Assembly: GCF_009914755.1 (NCBI RefSeq)
Contig: NC_060928.1
Source: the human T2T-CHM13v2.0 reference genome, Homo sapiens
Length of the DNA: 64,000 bases
Reading direction: 5' to 3' (one strand)
This document shows positions 15,001-28,330 of this stretch, piece after piece; the stretch's first letter is position 1, and the number at the start of each line of letters is the position of its first letter. Both the position numbers and the translations under genes were made by a program. Under the pieces are notes generated by a model, which ran no database searches, was not told where the DNA came from, and saw nothing but the letters and a program-made list of their open reading frames with translations.

Positions 15001-16999
15001 GCACCCTAGAAAGGAAGGAAGCAGGCACACAGGCAGTTTGTTTTCTGAGGAATGGACATTTTTCAAAGAGATTCCTGTGCATTCACAAAGTAATATTGCT
15101 TGATTCATTCTATATCATTACTATAGAGTGAATATTTTAATTTGTGCATAATATCATAAATGTTGCTCATTGTGTACAAATATTCAAAGGCTAGTTTTTA
15201 CAAATGTAAGACAGGCAAAACAACTTACTAGCAGTAATATCTTATCATTCATCTTCTGCATTAATATTATAGTTGGATAGTCATACTTAAAAATCTACCA
15301 CAGTAAGGGCAGTAAGCTCAAAGGAAAAGACATGCAATTGTATTTTCTTCATGCTTTATCTAAAATATTTTTTAAAATTTATATGAGAAAATACAAGATA
15401 ATTATTTGAAATAATTTTTTGATATAATTGTTATGGAACCCTAGTTTTTTGTGGGAAAAAATGCCTTTTTTACATACATTGAATAGAACAGGAATGTACT
15501 CCTTAATTTTAATAATTTATTTGCTATCGTTATATAATCAGTGTCTAGAAAGATTAAAATGGCAGAATTGATTAAAACACTTTTTCCATTCTCTACTCAA
15601 GTTATTGGTTTATGTCTACAGGCTGAGTGCCTCGGATATCAGGATAGAAATTTTATACTGAAGGAAAATTACTATATGATAAAATTGAAAAACTTATTAG
15701 GTTCATGATCATTGTTTGATAACCTATACTTACTCTTTAATAGTAACTTACATAAAGCTTTTTAAAAATATATAATCTATTGTATTTATTACACTTATGT
15801 TTGGACATAAAGCTTTATGTCATCCCGTCTATGATCTGGAAGTTGAAACAAGGTGGTTTCAACTGAACACTTTGCATCCTGTTGTGGATCACTTGAAGAC
15901 CTAAAATCTGTTTCTTAGATACTTTGATAGCAAAAGATGCAGGAGACTTCTAGAGATAATATTTAAAGGAAAGGAACTTTTGTACTGTTTCACATAAACC
16001 TGTATCTCTATCTGTCTGTCTGTCTATGGATAGAGATAGAGATCAATAACTAATATCATACTGTGAAAATAGCTATTAACATTTCTTCCTTTCCATATGA
16101 ACATATACCATATTTTGATGTAATGGATTTACTCTAAACAGTATTTAAAAACATTATTTTGATAGGTAAGTCTTTAAGCTCCTTAAAAGACCTGAGATTA
16201 CATCTTTATGTAGGGCATGATTTAAGAAACCTATGAAGCTTAATAAGATAAGAATAGCCTGTTTACATAGCTTAAAGTATTTAAAGTGTAGTAAATTGGT
16301 GGTTGAGCTATGTAGGTGTTCTCCTCTGGTAAGGTTGTTTAGCATATATAAACCACTAAAATGATGGAAAATACACCAAGCTGAAGTGGGATCAGGATGA
16401 CTAAACAAAATAGTTTTCAATTTCTGCAATGAGTTTGGACCAAAATTAGTTTGAGAATAAATTTAGGGAAAAATGTCCTTGAAAAAACCATAATCTTTCT
16501 TAAAAGTTTTTCCTAATTGTAAATTTCACTAAGACTTATGAAGTCCCATAGATTATAATGAACAAAATTTCTATATACACCTGCTGTCACTATGAGCAAC
16601 AACAGGACAACTCTTTCCAGCTTGGATTTGTTTGAACTAGACATACCAAAATGAGCTGGAAACACTTCTCGAACCTTGCCCTCCCATTCTGAAATGAGAA
16701 TTCCATGCAATGACTGTACAAGTTTTGTCAAGCTATGGTGGAACATGGTATCACAAATACAGATATTCCTTAAACCTAAGTATTCCTGGCTGGTCCTAGG
16801 CTGACTTAACCTTTTTTATTTTCTCTCCTAAGTCCCACAGATTTGGTTCATTTAGCTTTCTATTCTTGGCTGCCACCAACTACTTTGCAATCCTATGTTC
16901 ACAGACCTCCAGAGGATAGAGTATTTTAAACTTCCCTTCATGCTTGGGAATTTATCAATTTATTTACATCTTACAAAATTCAAAAAGCACCCAGTTTCC

Positions 17000-17460
17000 A
17001 TCCCCAGATGCAATCACTGTCCGGATTCCTGGGAAACATCCCGAACTATTCTATGGATAAGTGAGCCTAAATGTAAATACATCTTCCCTCTTTCTATGCA
17101 ATTTTAGCATTACTGTGCATCTTTGTTCACTTAATAGTGTATCTTATAAATTTTTATGCATTTACACATCTTGTACTGTCTTGTTCTTTTTCTGTTCATA
17201 CTGTAATGTCTTGCTCATTTTAGCTGGATGTGTAGTTTCTTGCAGCATGAATGTGCTACCATGTATTAAGCCAGTCCCCTATGGAGGGACATGTGGATCA
17301 GTCCTTTGCCATTATAACATAGTGTTGCAATAAACATCTGTATACATTCATCCTCTTGCATGTGTATGAGTGTACCTTGAATAAATTGCTACAAGTGGTA
17401 TCACTGGGTTATAGGGGGGCTTGTAGGCTTGATTTTGAGATATATGAGAGGTTGCCCTCA
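17000..17460 (-). mobile_element. Old L1M 3' fragment
   Basis: catagtgttgcaataaacatctgtatacattcatc...aattgctacaagtggtatcactggg resembles antisense L1ME/MC 3' end. Confidence 0.5.
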
Positions 17461-17987
17461 GACTTGTAGGATGAGGGTCCTGGTCTTTGGCCACATCATA
17501 TACTTGCCAGCTATACTCTGCCACTGCCTCTGGAGCTGTCCGCAATCACAGCTTCACATAACGTGGGTGAGGTGAGGGAGCACCCTAGACCCAGGCCAGG
17601 CACCAATTTAATCTCAGACATTGAGCAGAGAAATCAAATCGCTCAAATTCACCTTGAAGGCTCAGGTACTCTTTTGTTAAATCAACATCTTTTCAGCTTA
17701 GCACTTCTTCTATTATTTACCTAGTTTTCATTTAGATGGAATCTTTTATTTATTTTTTGTTATATCCTCTTGGTTTATTGAGCCTTTTATTAATATAAGC
17801 TGTCCTTCTTTGTCTTTTTTAATCTTTTTTTGATTTAAAGTCTGTTTGTTCAGCTATTAATATAGTCACCCTTGCTCTCTTTTGATTACTATTTGCATGG
17901 AATATCTTTTCCATTCTTTCACTTTCAACCTATTTCAACCTATTTGTGTTTTGGGATCTAAAGTGAGTCTCTTTTGGATGGCATGTG

Positions 17988-18247
17988 TAGGTTGGATATT
18001 CCATATCCAAAATGCTTGGGACAAGCAGTATCTCAGATTTGAGATTTTTTTGGGGGGCGGTGGGGTTGGTGGGGGTGGATTTGGAAGTGTTTGCATTGTA
18101 TTTACTAATCCCTAATCTGAAATTTTGAAATCTAAAATTTGAATGCTCCAATTAGCATTCCCTTTGAACAGCATGTTGGTGCTCAAAGAGTTTCAGATTT
18201 TGGAGCATGTCAGATTTAGAATTTTCAAATTTGAGATACTTAACCTG
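17988..18247 (+). mobile_element. Tigger4a/MER46-type MITE
   Basis: taggttggatattccatatccaaaatgcttgggac...tgctccaattagcattccctttga...gatacttaacctg followed by TA; terminal inverted repeats. Confidence 0.85.
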
Positions 18248-19065
18248 TAGCTGGATTCTGTTTTTCAACCCATTTTGCCAATCTCTGTCATTCTATCTTG
18301 GAATTTAATCTATTTACATTTAAAGACTTTACTGATAAAAAAGAACTTACTTCTGTCATATTGTGATTTGTTTTCTATATTTCTTATAGCTTTTGTGTCC
18401 TTCCTTTCCTAGCTTACTGTCTTCTTTGTGTTTAGCTGATTTTTTATAATGTTTTTATTCCTTTCTCATCCCTTTTGTGTTTATTTCTAAAGCAAAATTA
18501 TATAGCTATTTGCTTTATGGGTACCATGGGGATTACACTTAGTATTTTAAACTTATAAAACTCTAATTTAAAATTATGCCATTTTAATTGCAATCATAAA
18601 CAACTCTGCTCCCTTATATCTATATCTTGATCCTTTTTAGTTGTTGATATCACAAAATAACATTTCAATACATGTGTATCCGAAACATGAACTAATTGTT
18701 GTTTATTTTTAATGCATTAGTCTCTTAAATTATGTAGGATAATTTTTCCAGATATAGGATTCTTGGCTTACAGGTCTTGTTTTTCTTTCAGTATTTTAGC
18801 TATATCATCCCACTGCTGCATGGCCTCCAAAGTTTCTGATGAGAGATCTCCAAATAAGCTTATTGAGTATCTCTCAGATGTGCCAAATTGTGTCTCTGTT
18901 TATGCTTGCCAAATTCCCTGTTTGTCTTTTGATAGTTTGATTATAATGTGTCTCAATGTGTGCTTGAGTTCATCTTACTTGGAGTCCATTGAGCTTCTTG
19001 AATGTTTATATTCATGTCTTTCATCTTATTTGGGAAATTTCTGGCCTTTATTTCTTTGAATATTC

Positions 19066-19150
19066 TCTTTTCCCTTCCCCTCTGCCCCTCTCCCCCTCTC
19101 CCCTTCTCCCTCTATACCTCTCTCCCTCCCTCCCTCCCTCCCTTTCTTTT
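19066..19150. repeat. CT-rich polypyrimidine / (CCCT)n low-complexity tract
   Basis: ccctctccccctctccccttctccc...ccctccctccctccctccc. Confidence 0.85.
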
Positions 19151-19593
19151 TGGAACTCCTCAGTGCATATGTTGGTCTGCATGATAGTATCCACAGGTCC
19201 CTTGTGCTCTGATCACTTTTCTTCAATCTTTTTCCTTCTGTTCCTCATACTCAATAATTTCAATGGTCCTGTCTTCACATTCATGCATCCTTTCTTTTAG
19301 CTGCTCATGTCTTTGGATACCTCTTATGCGTTTTTCATTTTTGTCATTGTACTTTTCAGCTCCAGATTTTCTCTTTGGTTACTTTTTAAGTTTTTATCTC
19401 CTTATTGATATTTCCATTTTGTTCACATGTAGTTTTCCTGAAATTCTTCATGTCTTTAGTTCTTTGAGCATCTTTAAGGTAATAGTTTTAAAGCAGTTTT
19501 TTAGTAGCTCTGTCATCAGCTTCCTCTCAGGGACCATTTTTGTTGGTTTGTTTTTTCCTTTGAGAGGCCATATTTTTACCATTTGTTATATGC

Positions 19594-19988
19594 TATCTTA
19601 GTCCATTTTGTGATTCTATGACAGAATACCTGAGACTGGGTAATTTATAAAAAAAAAGAAGATAATTTATCATAGTTCTGGAGGCTAAGAAATCCAAGAA
19701 CAAATAGCTGGCATCTGGTGAGGGCTGCTCTCTGCTTCCAAGATGGCACCTTGAACGCTGTGTCTTCCAGAATGGAGGAACCCAATTTCTTTCTTTGCCC
19801 TGTCCAAAGAGGGAAGGGCAAAAGAAACCAAATTCCCTCTGGCAAGACCTTTTATAACAGCATCAATCTATTCATGCTCTGTCTGTATGACCTAAACACC
19901 TCCTAGAAGGCCCTAATTCCCAACACTGTTGTCTTGGGTATTAAGTTTTCCACACATGAATTTGGGTGGAGACATTCAGATCATAGCA
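19594..19988 (-). mobile_element. MaLR solo LTR (MSTC/MSTD-like)
   Basis: tatcttagtccatttt...gaatacctgagactgggtaatttata...gcttccaagatggcacc...cattcagatcatagca; 5-bp TSD tatgc/taagc. Confidence 0.88.
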
Positions 19989-21357
19989 TAAGCCTGTTGA
20001 ATTTTTTGTGAAAACTGTGCGTCTAAATCCAATAATGTGGTAACTCTGGAAATCAGATTAGGCTCCTTCCCTGGGGTTTGATATTTTGTTTTGTTTTATT
20101 GTTTTAGGCTGTCTTTGTGCTAAGGATCAGGCTGAGGTGTAAAGTAAAACCTTTTTAGATTTCTTCCAAGCCTGTGTCTTTCTTTGGGCATGTGTAGTGA
20201 CTTTCTAATTTCTTTCACATATGTAGTTGCTTTTGAATTTCTTTGTCTTTAGTGTGTGGTTCTCAAAAGGAGAAAGACAAAAATGAAGGGTGGAAAAAAT
20301 GGGCCAGCCCTTTAAATCACCAAGAATTCCTTTCAGCCAGAGGAGGAAAGGATTGCAACTATGAGGGAGAGGTACAACAACAATGGCTGTTCACCTCTGT
20401 GTCTGCACCTCCATGATAAGAAGCAGCAATCAGCAAGTAGAACAAAGATCCCTGATATTTGGAGGACAAGGTCCTTATTGCCCACCCTGGCTCCTGTAAG
20501 CTGTGTGCAAGCTGCTCCAGGAACACATGCATAGCTGCCTGTCTCAGGAATGGAGGGTGGGTAATGGGTAGCTATTGACTAGTTAAGAGCTGAAATTGAT
20601 GAAAATTCATGGTTCAAGCTTTCCTCTTGAAGTAAAAGGCTTCAGTACACTCCAGAGTTCCAAAATAGCTACATCAGACAGATTCTCTCAGTGTAATTGT
20701 TGTCTGGGTGGGCTGAAAGATTCCTGGTGTTCCCCACCCCTTTGTCGTTCCAGAATCCTCCCTTCCCTGCTATTTTTAAATTGACAGTTTTTATTGCTAG
20801 AAGCATGAGAGAAACAGTAAGGAGGCTAACATAATTGGACGATAATTTGGAAGTTATAATGTTATAACCAAAGAAATCATAAGTAGCTGTTTCTAGTCTT
20901 CATTGAAAAGTAAATGGAGTTTGAAAAGCTCCTCTTTGCTCAAGGCTGCTCTTTCGTTAATGTTTGTGTAGACAATTGTTGAGTTTTGCTCTAAGAACAA
21001 GCTTACCCACTCTCTGGATTGTCATTTCATAGAGCTATTCCAAATTTAAACTTAGGTAGATTCAGGTTGAGAGCCAATATCAGTATGAGAGTGGTTATAA
21101 AATGATTATCATTTTATGCAATTAGAATGACTACTTTTTCACCATACATGTGTGTGAATTTGTATGTTTCTCCTTTTTTCCAACTCCTCAAACAGTTCTG
21201 TGTGCATAATTTAGCAAGTAAATTGAGTGTCATAAAACCTATATAAGGTTACCATCATTACTCATTAAATAAATGGCCAAGGTAACACTTATGACAAATC
21301 TGTCTTATGGTAACATCTGCACCCTCTTTTCTGCTTTATGTCAAAACCCAGATTCCT

Positions 21358-21722
21358 TTTATTTAACTTTTATTTTTAGTTCAGAGGTACAAGTGCAGGC
21401 TTGTTACATAGGTAAACTTGTGTCATGGGGGTTTTACAGATTATTTCATCACCCAGGTGTTAAGCCTAGTGCCTGTTAGTTATTTTTCCTGATCCTCTCC
21501 CTTCTCCCACCCTTCACCCTCTGAGAAGCTCCAGTGTGTGTTTTTTGCCTCTATGTGTCCATGTGTTCTCATCATTTGGCTCCCTAAAGAGAATGTGGTA
21601 CATATTCTCTTTACATGGTGTATTACATACACCATGGAATACTATGCAGCTTTAAAAAACAACAAGATAATGTTCTTTACAAGGACATGGGTAGAGCTAA
21701 AGGCCATTATCCTTAGCAAACT
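21358..21722 (-). mobile_element. Short 5'-inverted (twin-primed) L1PA fragment, older L1PA subfamily
   Basis: Antisense 3' UTR 21358-21583, then sense ORF2-end piece 21585-21722; TSD aaaacccagattcct / aaaacccaggttctt followed by aaa (endonuclease-like site). Confidence 0.88.
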
Positions 21723-22632
21723 AAAACCCAGGTTCTTAAAATTTACCTTCTCAATAGACCAACATGTTCCCTCTTGTAATGTTTTCTGCTAAATAGCTAC
21801 CATGGTCTGGCACTGAGGCAAGTATCTCTTATTTCTAAACAAGTTCTTAATTTAAAAAATAGTAATCATAATGGCATTTGTTTTTGGCCAGATTCCCAAT
21901 CTTGTATTCTCATTATTATTTACTCAAAAATAACTTTGTCATCTTCATCCTCAGGAGTCTTATCCTCCTACTATTACTCATTCTCTGGTCTTCTAACCAC
22001 AGAAAGCACATTTTTATGTTATCCTTTCTGGAACCCTCCTTGACTCAAGGCCTTAGAATCCCTAAACTTATATTATTTTATGAAAAACTTTAAAGTTTGA
22101 TTTTTTTATGTAATAGATAAGAAAACTGAAATTTATAAAGTTTAAGTAACTTGCTCAGGTTTATATAGCTCTTATGGAAGATCTGAGAAATGAGCTCAAT
22201 TCTATATTTAACCAGTATGAATTATTGTCTTTCCCAAACCCACAAGCATCATTTGCACTGAAGACTTTAGAAGGCTGATCAATCATAATTTGCATCCTAC
22301 TCTATAATTCTTACAGTCTTTTTCTCCCCAAAGCACAAGATACCAAATCTATTTCCCACGCAAAAATAAGAAATGTTGTACTACTGGTAAAAAGTAATAT
22401 GCAGTTTTTAGGAAAAAAATCATGACATTTGAAAGAATATTATGTCACTTTAGTATTATTTTCAGACTGCTAAACAACCACCCTTGATAACATACTTTTA
22501 TTTTGTGTCACATTCTAATTTGGTTTATATTCTGTCTATATTATTCATAGCAGATTCCAAAATCTCCTTAGTTCTTGACTTGCTTGTATATAATAAAGTT
22601 TTTTTTTTCTGAACCACATCATTAAGCTGAAA

Positions 22633-22823
22633 TGTGTGTATATATATACGTGTATATATATATACATATAGTGTATATATATGTGTATATATACACGTGT
22701 GTATGTGTGTGTGTGCGCATGCGCACCTGTGTTGGTTATTTTGTGGTTTGTTTTTGTTGTATTAATAAAAGATTTTATTTGTATGCTTTATTAAGGTTAT
22801 ATATATATATATATATATATATA
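22633..22823. repeat. Compound (TA)n/(TG)n microsatellites
   Basis: Alternating purine-pyrimidine run 22633-22725 and (TA)n 22798-22823. Confidence 0.9.
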
Positions 22824-24594
22824 AGTCTCCAAAATACCAGTCCCGATTTTGAATACTAAATTTCTTTCTATCATGGTATTCTTTGTTTTTAAATCAAACC
22901 AGTATAACAAAAATCTAAGCAAGATAGACAAGAGTAAACTTAGAAGTCAATAACTAAAAGGCACACTCACACACAAACACACACACACAAACACCCTAGC
23001 GATCTGTAATTACAGCAATCTGTAAGCCCATCAGTCATATTTCCATTTTTTGTGACCATGTGACCACTTCCTAGTTTTTAGAAAAACTAATTCCACCTAG
23101 CATGAGTCTGTATTTGGCACATTTTTTTCCAAAAACATTTATGCAAGATATGAGCAGTACTATACTGCAACATGTTTGTATGCTTTGGGGCAATGATTTT
23201 CAAAAAGTCCTCTATTTCCAGCCTCTAAAAATCTCCTCATTAGTCTGAGTAGTGACAGGTTCACACAAACCTCTCTATCACTGCTGAAATGCCAACAAAA
23301 ATAGTAACTGCTTTTTTCTCTAGGATCAATTCTCTTGTCATAGGTCAGGCTGCTGAGCAATCATTCAATCAGTCTTTTAGTCATGGTCCTATAACAAACT
23401 CCTTTTCTCCCTGTTGGGATCAGTATCTGATTCAGGAGAATTTACTAACATTTGTTTAGCTCTGAAAAATTTCTCCTTTTATTCAGTATCTTTAAAATTC
23501 CTCATGAACTATTGAAATGTTAATAAAAATATTCAACTAGCTATTATTATGATGTTAAAACTGATAGCTTTTCATGTAATTTGGTTGAAAAGCACTAGAC
23601 ATTATCAAGTGTAGCTAAGTAAATAAGAAATAAAACATTTATTAGGAAATACTGATAATTTTTAGCTTTAATAAACAGAAGAATTGGCTAGTCATTTCTG
23701 AAATCAGTCATTTTTGAAAACATAATTATATTCTTTACCCAGAGCAAAACTGGGGTAATTTAATGAGCAATATAAATAAGATGCCCCTTAAAAGTAGAAG
23801 AATGCATTTGCAAAACTATGAGAATAAAAATGCAATCCTGACATTAGAATTATGTGTCCACTGGGAAATTCTCTGAAGCAAGTTCTTTCAAAATGTCATT
23901 GAATAAGTTTTTAACCTCTCCAGCTTTTTCCACTACCTAGCTGTTCTACTTCATTTATTCTTGTCTTTTATATTGCACTTCTTCTTCAGGGTTAGTTAGT
24001 TGCTCTATTCTCTAAAGTTAGGTTTTCTGTACCCAAATCTGAATGCTAGGCCCTGTGTCCTCATCCAGATACTTAATGTATTTCCTAGTTCAACATTTTA
24101 AGTGGGGTTGATAATGGTGTAAATATTTATAAATGCTAACACCTGGTTCATTTTAACAGGAAAATGTTCAACTTTATTGACCATAGTTTTTCACATATTC
24201 TCTCAGGGACTTTGTTTTTCACTGGCCAAGCCATTGTGAAAATGTTTTGAAATGTCCAGTTTTCATAAAAGGTTTAGTGATATTGTTGGTTTTTGATACA
24301 CGTATGTAAAATTGGTAATTTTTAATTTCTGAATTCTTCTACACAAAAAATAATACCTACATATATTTTTACCATTTTAGTTTGCACAGCCATGATTGTT
24401 AGTGAAAATGAACTTAAATCTTAATACTATTTTTATGCTCATACTCCTAAATAATGACTTTAAAATGTATTGCACTTTATAGGTTGCTATACAATGACAA
24501 ACATCTCATTAGTATCGATAATAAGCTTCTAATATCCTTAGGGATCATATAGTAAATGAAAAAAATATATTGTGATGTTAAATGACTTATGTAA

Positions 24595-25040
24595 TACTGT
24601 ATCCGTTCAGATACTTTCAAATGCAAATTAAAAAAAAAAAGAACTGAAACTTACATAAATAATAAAGCAATGTATTAGTTAACATGAAAGAGGAGGAAAG
24701 CTTCAAACTGACTTAATCCGGTGGCTCCAGCTTTGGGTCCACTTCCCTAAGATTTTTCTCAGCCCTCTCCACCAGGTTTTTTTGTCTAGTCATTAGGCTG
24801 GGAAGGAAATAACTACAGGAGATACTGGCTTTAGAGTTCTTTGAAGAAATATCCAGCTAGGAGAAAGGTGTTGTTTTTATTTTATTTTATTTTATTTTTT
24901 TCTGTCTAACTTAAGATTAAATTCAAATTTCCCTGAAGCTATAACAAGCTTCATTTCACTCGATTGCCCAAATTTAGTCTCATCCTCAGTTCTGATCTAA
25001 TTCATGTTGATGGAGGTGTGTCACTGATTGATAGGTTCTC
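24595..25040. mobile_element. Possible ancient MLT1-type LTR fragment
   Basis: gttcagatactttcaaatgcaa...aactgaaacttacataaataataaagcaatgtattagttaacat resembles an MLT1N/K terminus. Confidence 0.35.
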
Positions 25041-26519
25041 CTACTACTTCTGTTTCATAGCAATTATTATAATTTGAATAATAAGCAAATAAAGTTGTGT
25101 GCAGTTAATTTATTTTTTTTTCACCTGTGGTAGGGTAGAGGCTTTGCCTATTTTGTTCCTCAATGTAGCACAGCATAGACAAGTCCCTAGAACATGGTAT
25201 TTGATAATTATTTAGTTATTAAGTAGAGACAAAGAAAATTCATGTAATTAGTTTCATATGGAAGTTGGTATTTAGGTGGGGTGGTAACTCCAATTCTTTC
25301 TGAGGACAGAATTTACTATGGGAAATATTTAAGCTATTATCCTTGCCATCCACAATCTTAGTACATTTCTGCATGCTCTCTCTCTCTCTCTAGTTTTCTA
25401 CTGTCAGTGTAGCATACATAAATACTACATAAATACACCATATTTACTCATTAAAAAAACAAGGCTGCAAACATTGTCTCATCTTTTTCCCAAATTAACT
25501 GCAGTTAGCAGAAAGTTTAGTAACTCTGGGTTAGTTTGCCTTCCTATTAATTATTCCAGCTACTTCAGAGTTTATAGCCCTAAAAGGGATCAGTTTGATT
25601 CCCTCACCCATGCAGAGGGAACACTCAAATTCCCCCTTGCATCCCTGCTAATGATTCCTTCTATCCTGCAGCGTGTATCATTCATGCTTAGTTATGCGAG
25701 TCCAACAGATCCTTGATGTTACCTTGCTGATCTGGCTCATTGTACAGATTCACTCTGTCCCTGAAGGATGGTGATACCCAACTTCAGGGCTCATTTCAGA
25801 CAATGGCTTCTCAGACTATGTCTGTTAATATTGCAACTTTTGGTCCTAACCTTCTTTAGTCCCTATACATTTTCCTGAAATGAGGTGGTCCCTGGAGTGC
25901 TGATTTGGACTAGCTCGTAGGTACACCACATTAAAACACTTTCCCCTTCTCTTGAGCTTACCCACACCTGCAAGTCAAGCAGATTAATATTGTCATTTTA
26001 GTCCTCAAAACACAAATAATTTATGTAAAGCTCTTTTCTGCCATTTGTTTATGGAAGAGCAAACTTAAATTATTCTACTGGTCCTGGACTCTTCATTTGG
26101 AGATCTCTATCTTCAATAAAATGATTTTTTTGTCATCTCACTAAAGAAGAGAAAAAGAAAACAATCTACAAATATCATTTCTGGTATAGACTCTGAAATA
26201 TTACATACCCCTTAATATTGTTGTACCTTGTTTTATTGTTGTTGTTTACATATACTAATGTATGTAGACATGGCAAGGGAATTCTGAAAAGCAAAATTCC
26301 TGGAATAACCAATGATTTATTTGAGCACAGTTTAGTACTCTATTAGACTATGTTGAGAGATCAAATAATATTCACATTCATATTATGAAAAATACACTAT
26401 TTTAAAATGAAAAACAGATACCTAACTATGTCATGAAAAGTTACATTCAAGTAAAATAGAAAATCTTGAAGTTTCGTGTTCCCAACCAAAGACGAGAAGA
26501 AGAAAATGCTGTAGTATTA

Positions 26520-26760
26520 GTCAAGAATTTTGCTTAAACAGTGCCCCTCTACTTACTTTGCTTAATCCTTGCTTAGATAGAGACCAGTTGCAACTTTGCA
26601 AGGTTTCATTGCCTCATCTATAAATATGGGATAATAATAATATCTAATCTCTAACTTGACACATAGGATTAAATGAGATAAGGCATGTGATGTAATTAGC
26701 AGCTTAGTGCCTGGCTCACGACACACACTTAATAGAGATTATTGCAATTACTATTGTCAT
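26520..26760 (+). mobile_element. MIR fragment
   Basis: gcctcatctataaatatgggataataata...ggattaaatgagataaggcatgtga...agtgcctggc. Confidence 0.7.
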
Positions 26761-27609
26761 CATCATTCTTTAACACATAAATTTGGGATGAAAAATAAAG
26801 AGATTCTTGCATGGTAATAATCAAATGTTTTAAGTTGAAGTAGATGCTCCCTAAAGAGGCTTACTGGTGTATTAAAAATATGTTTATGATTTATTTTCTT
26901 ATTCTTAGGCAGTTGCTATTTATCTTGACTCATTTTCTTATTTGATTTTCCTTATATTCCCCAAAGTGAGGGTGAAGGTTGGTATACTTCTAATTTTGCA
27001 TGGAGATATAGGAATTTAATAGAACTACACTCCCTGATTCTTCCTTTGGGTTTCTTTAGGCTTAAGCCTAAAATCTACAATTAGAATGGAAATAAATCCT
27101 AAGTAAATATAATAACGTTCAGCTATATTTCGCACAATTGAATTTACTTGATCTCAGCATCCTTACAAGAGTGGTGGAAAAGTTTTATTATTCCATTTTA
27201 CATACTCCGAATTGGTTCTCAATGACATTAAATGATTTCCCTAAGGTCTCATGTCTGGGAAATGTCAGGATAGTAAGTTGATCATAAAATCCTGTAATAT
27301 TTTCTTTCTACTACATTACCTCACATTATCTTTTGAAACATAACTTAATCTTTTTAAAAATAGTTTTCTTATCTTTTCTTTCACTCTCCCTTCTTTTAAC
27401 TAGGCAAAACCTTGTTTAAACTATGCCATTGCTGTGAACAAGTAGGAATTGCTGATAGAGGAATTAAATGTTAGAAGATACAGGGAAACATTAATTTTTT
27501 CTGTGTAACATTGGGTTATTCAGCTTTTGTGATAATGGTTTCCCAATGACTGGAAGAAGATTGCCAAAAGAAGTAGTAAGACAGAATCTAAGTAGTTTTC
27601 TCCCATATC

Positions 27610-28170
27610 ATGAGTCCCAAGAATACCCACATGTTTGCAAAAATCCTGGTGGAGAGGGCCTCTGATAACTCAGAGGCATTGTACTGTCAGCCATGGCTTA
27701 TTACAGTGAAAGGCTACACAACAAGCTCAGCAAGAGAAAAGACACATCCAGCAAAGTCTGGAGGAATTCATGCACAGCATTCAGAAAACCCTTTCTCTCA
27801 GGAGGGGCCACACAGAATGTGTTCTTTCTTCCGGCAATTAAATACAGCAACACTTATGCAGTGTTTCTGCCCAGGAGAGTCTGCTGTTGACTGAGTTCAA
27901 GATTTTCCCTGGGGACTGGTCATGCAGGCACTCTCTGCCTATGTGATCAGCCACAATCATAGAAATTCCAGACTCGCAGAAGGAAAGCAGCTGTTTACTA
28001 TAAATCAGGCTGATACAGCTAATTCAGTGCCTCAGGCAAACAAAACAGCTTTATCAGTGTAGGGAACTTCAAAAGCCACATTGCTGGAAACCAGCCAAGT
28101 AACAGCCCTGCAAGCAGGCCCTTCTAAAGAGTAGTTTAAGACCTCCTGTGGTAACTGCTCTATTTTCCAG
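27610..28170 (-). mobile_element. ERVL-type solo LTR (MER68/MER77/MER21-like)
   Basis: ggggactggtcatgcaggcactctctgcct...aattccagactcgcagaaggaaagcag...gccctgcaagcaggcccttctaaagagtag; boundaries approximate. Confidence 0.75.
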
Positions 28171-28315
28171 GGACAATACGTAGGGGACAGAGGAACACAG
28201 CAGAATTTTGAAACAGGATATACAATCACAATAAGAGAAGGAGCACCAAGTATCTTCTGTTATCAGTAGAATAATCCTGATATTCTAAACCTAGGTTTTC
28301 AATTTTTTTTTTCAG

Positions 28316-28330
28316 GATTTTGCTTATATT
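28316..28330 (+). other. Weak candidate 15-nt microexon (GATTTTGCTTATATT)
   Basis: Acceptor tttttttttttcag|G and donor ATT|gtaagt exactly 15 nt apart; no stop in any frame. Confidence 0.2.

Larger units (their letters stand above)
17740..20760 (-). mobile_element. Old L1M 5' UTR/ORF1/ORF2-start fragment containing nested Tigger4a and MST insertions
   Basis: Antisense L1 motifs (tttgcatggaatatcttttccattctttcactttcaaccta; ttcatcttattttgggaaattt; ctctcagtgtaattgttgtctgggtgggctga). Confidence 0.7.
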
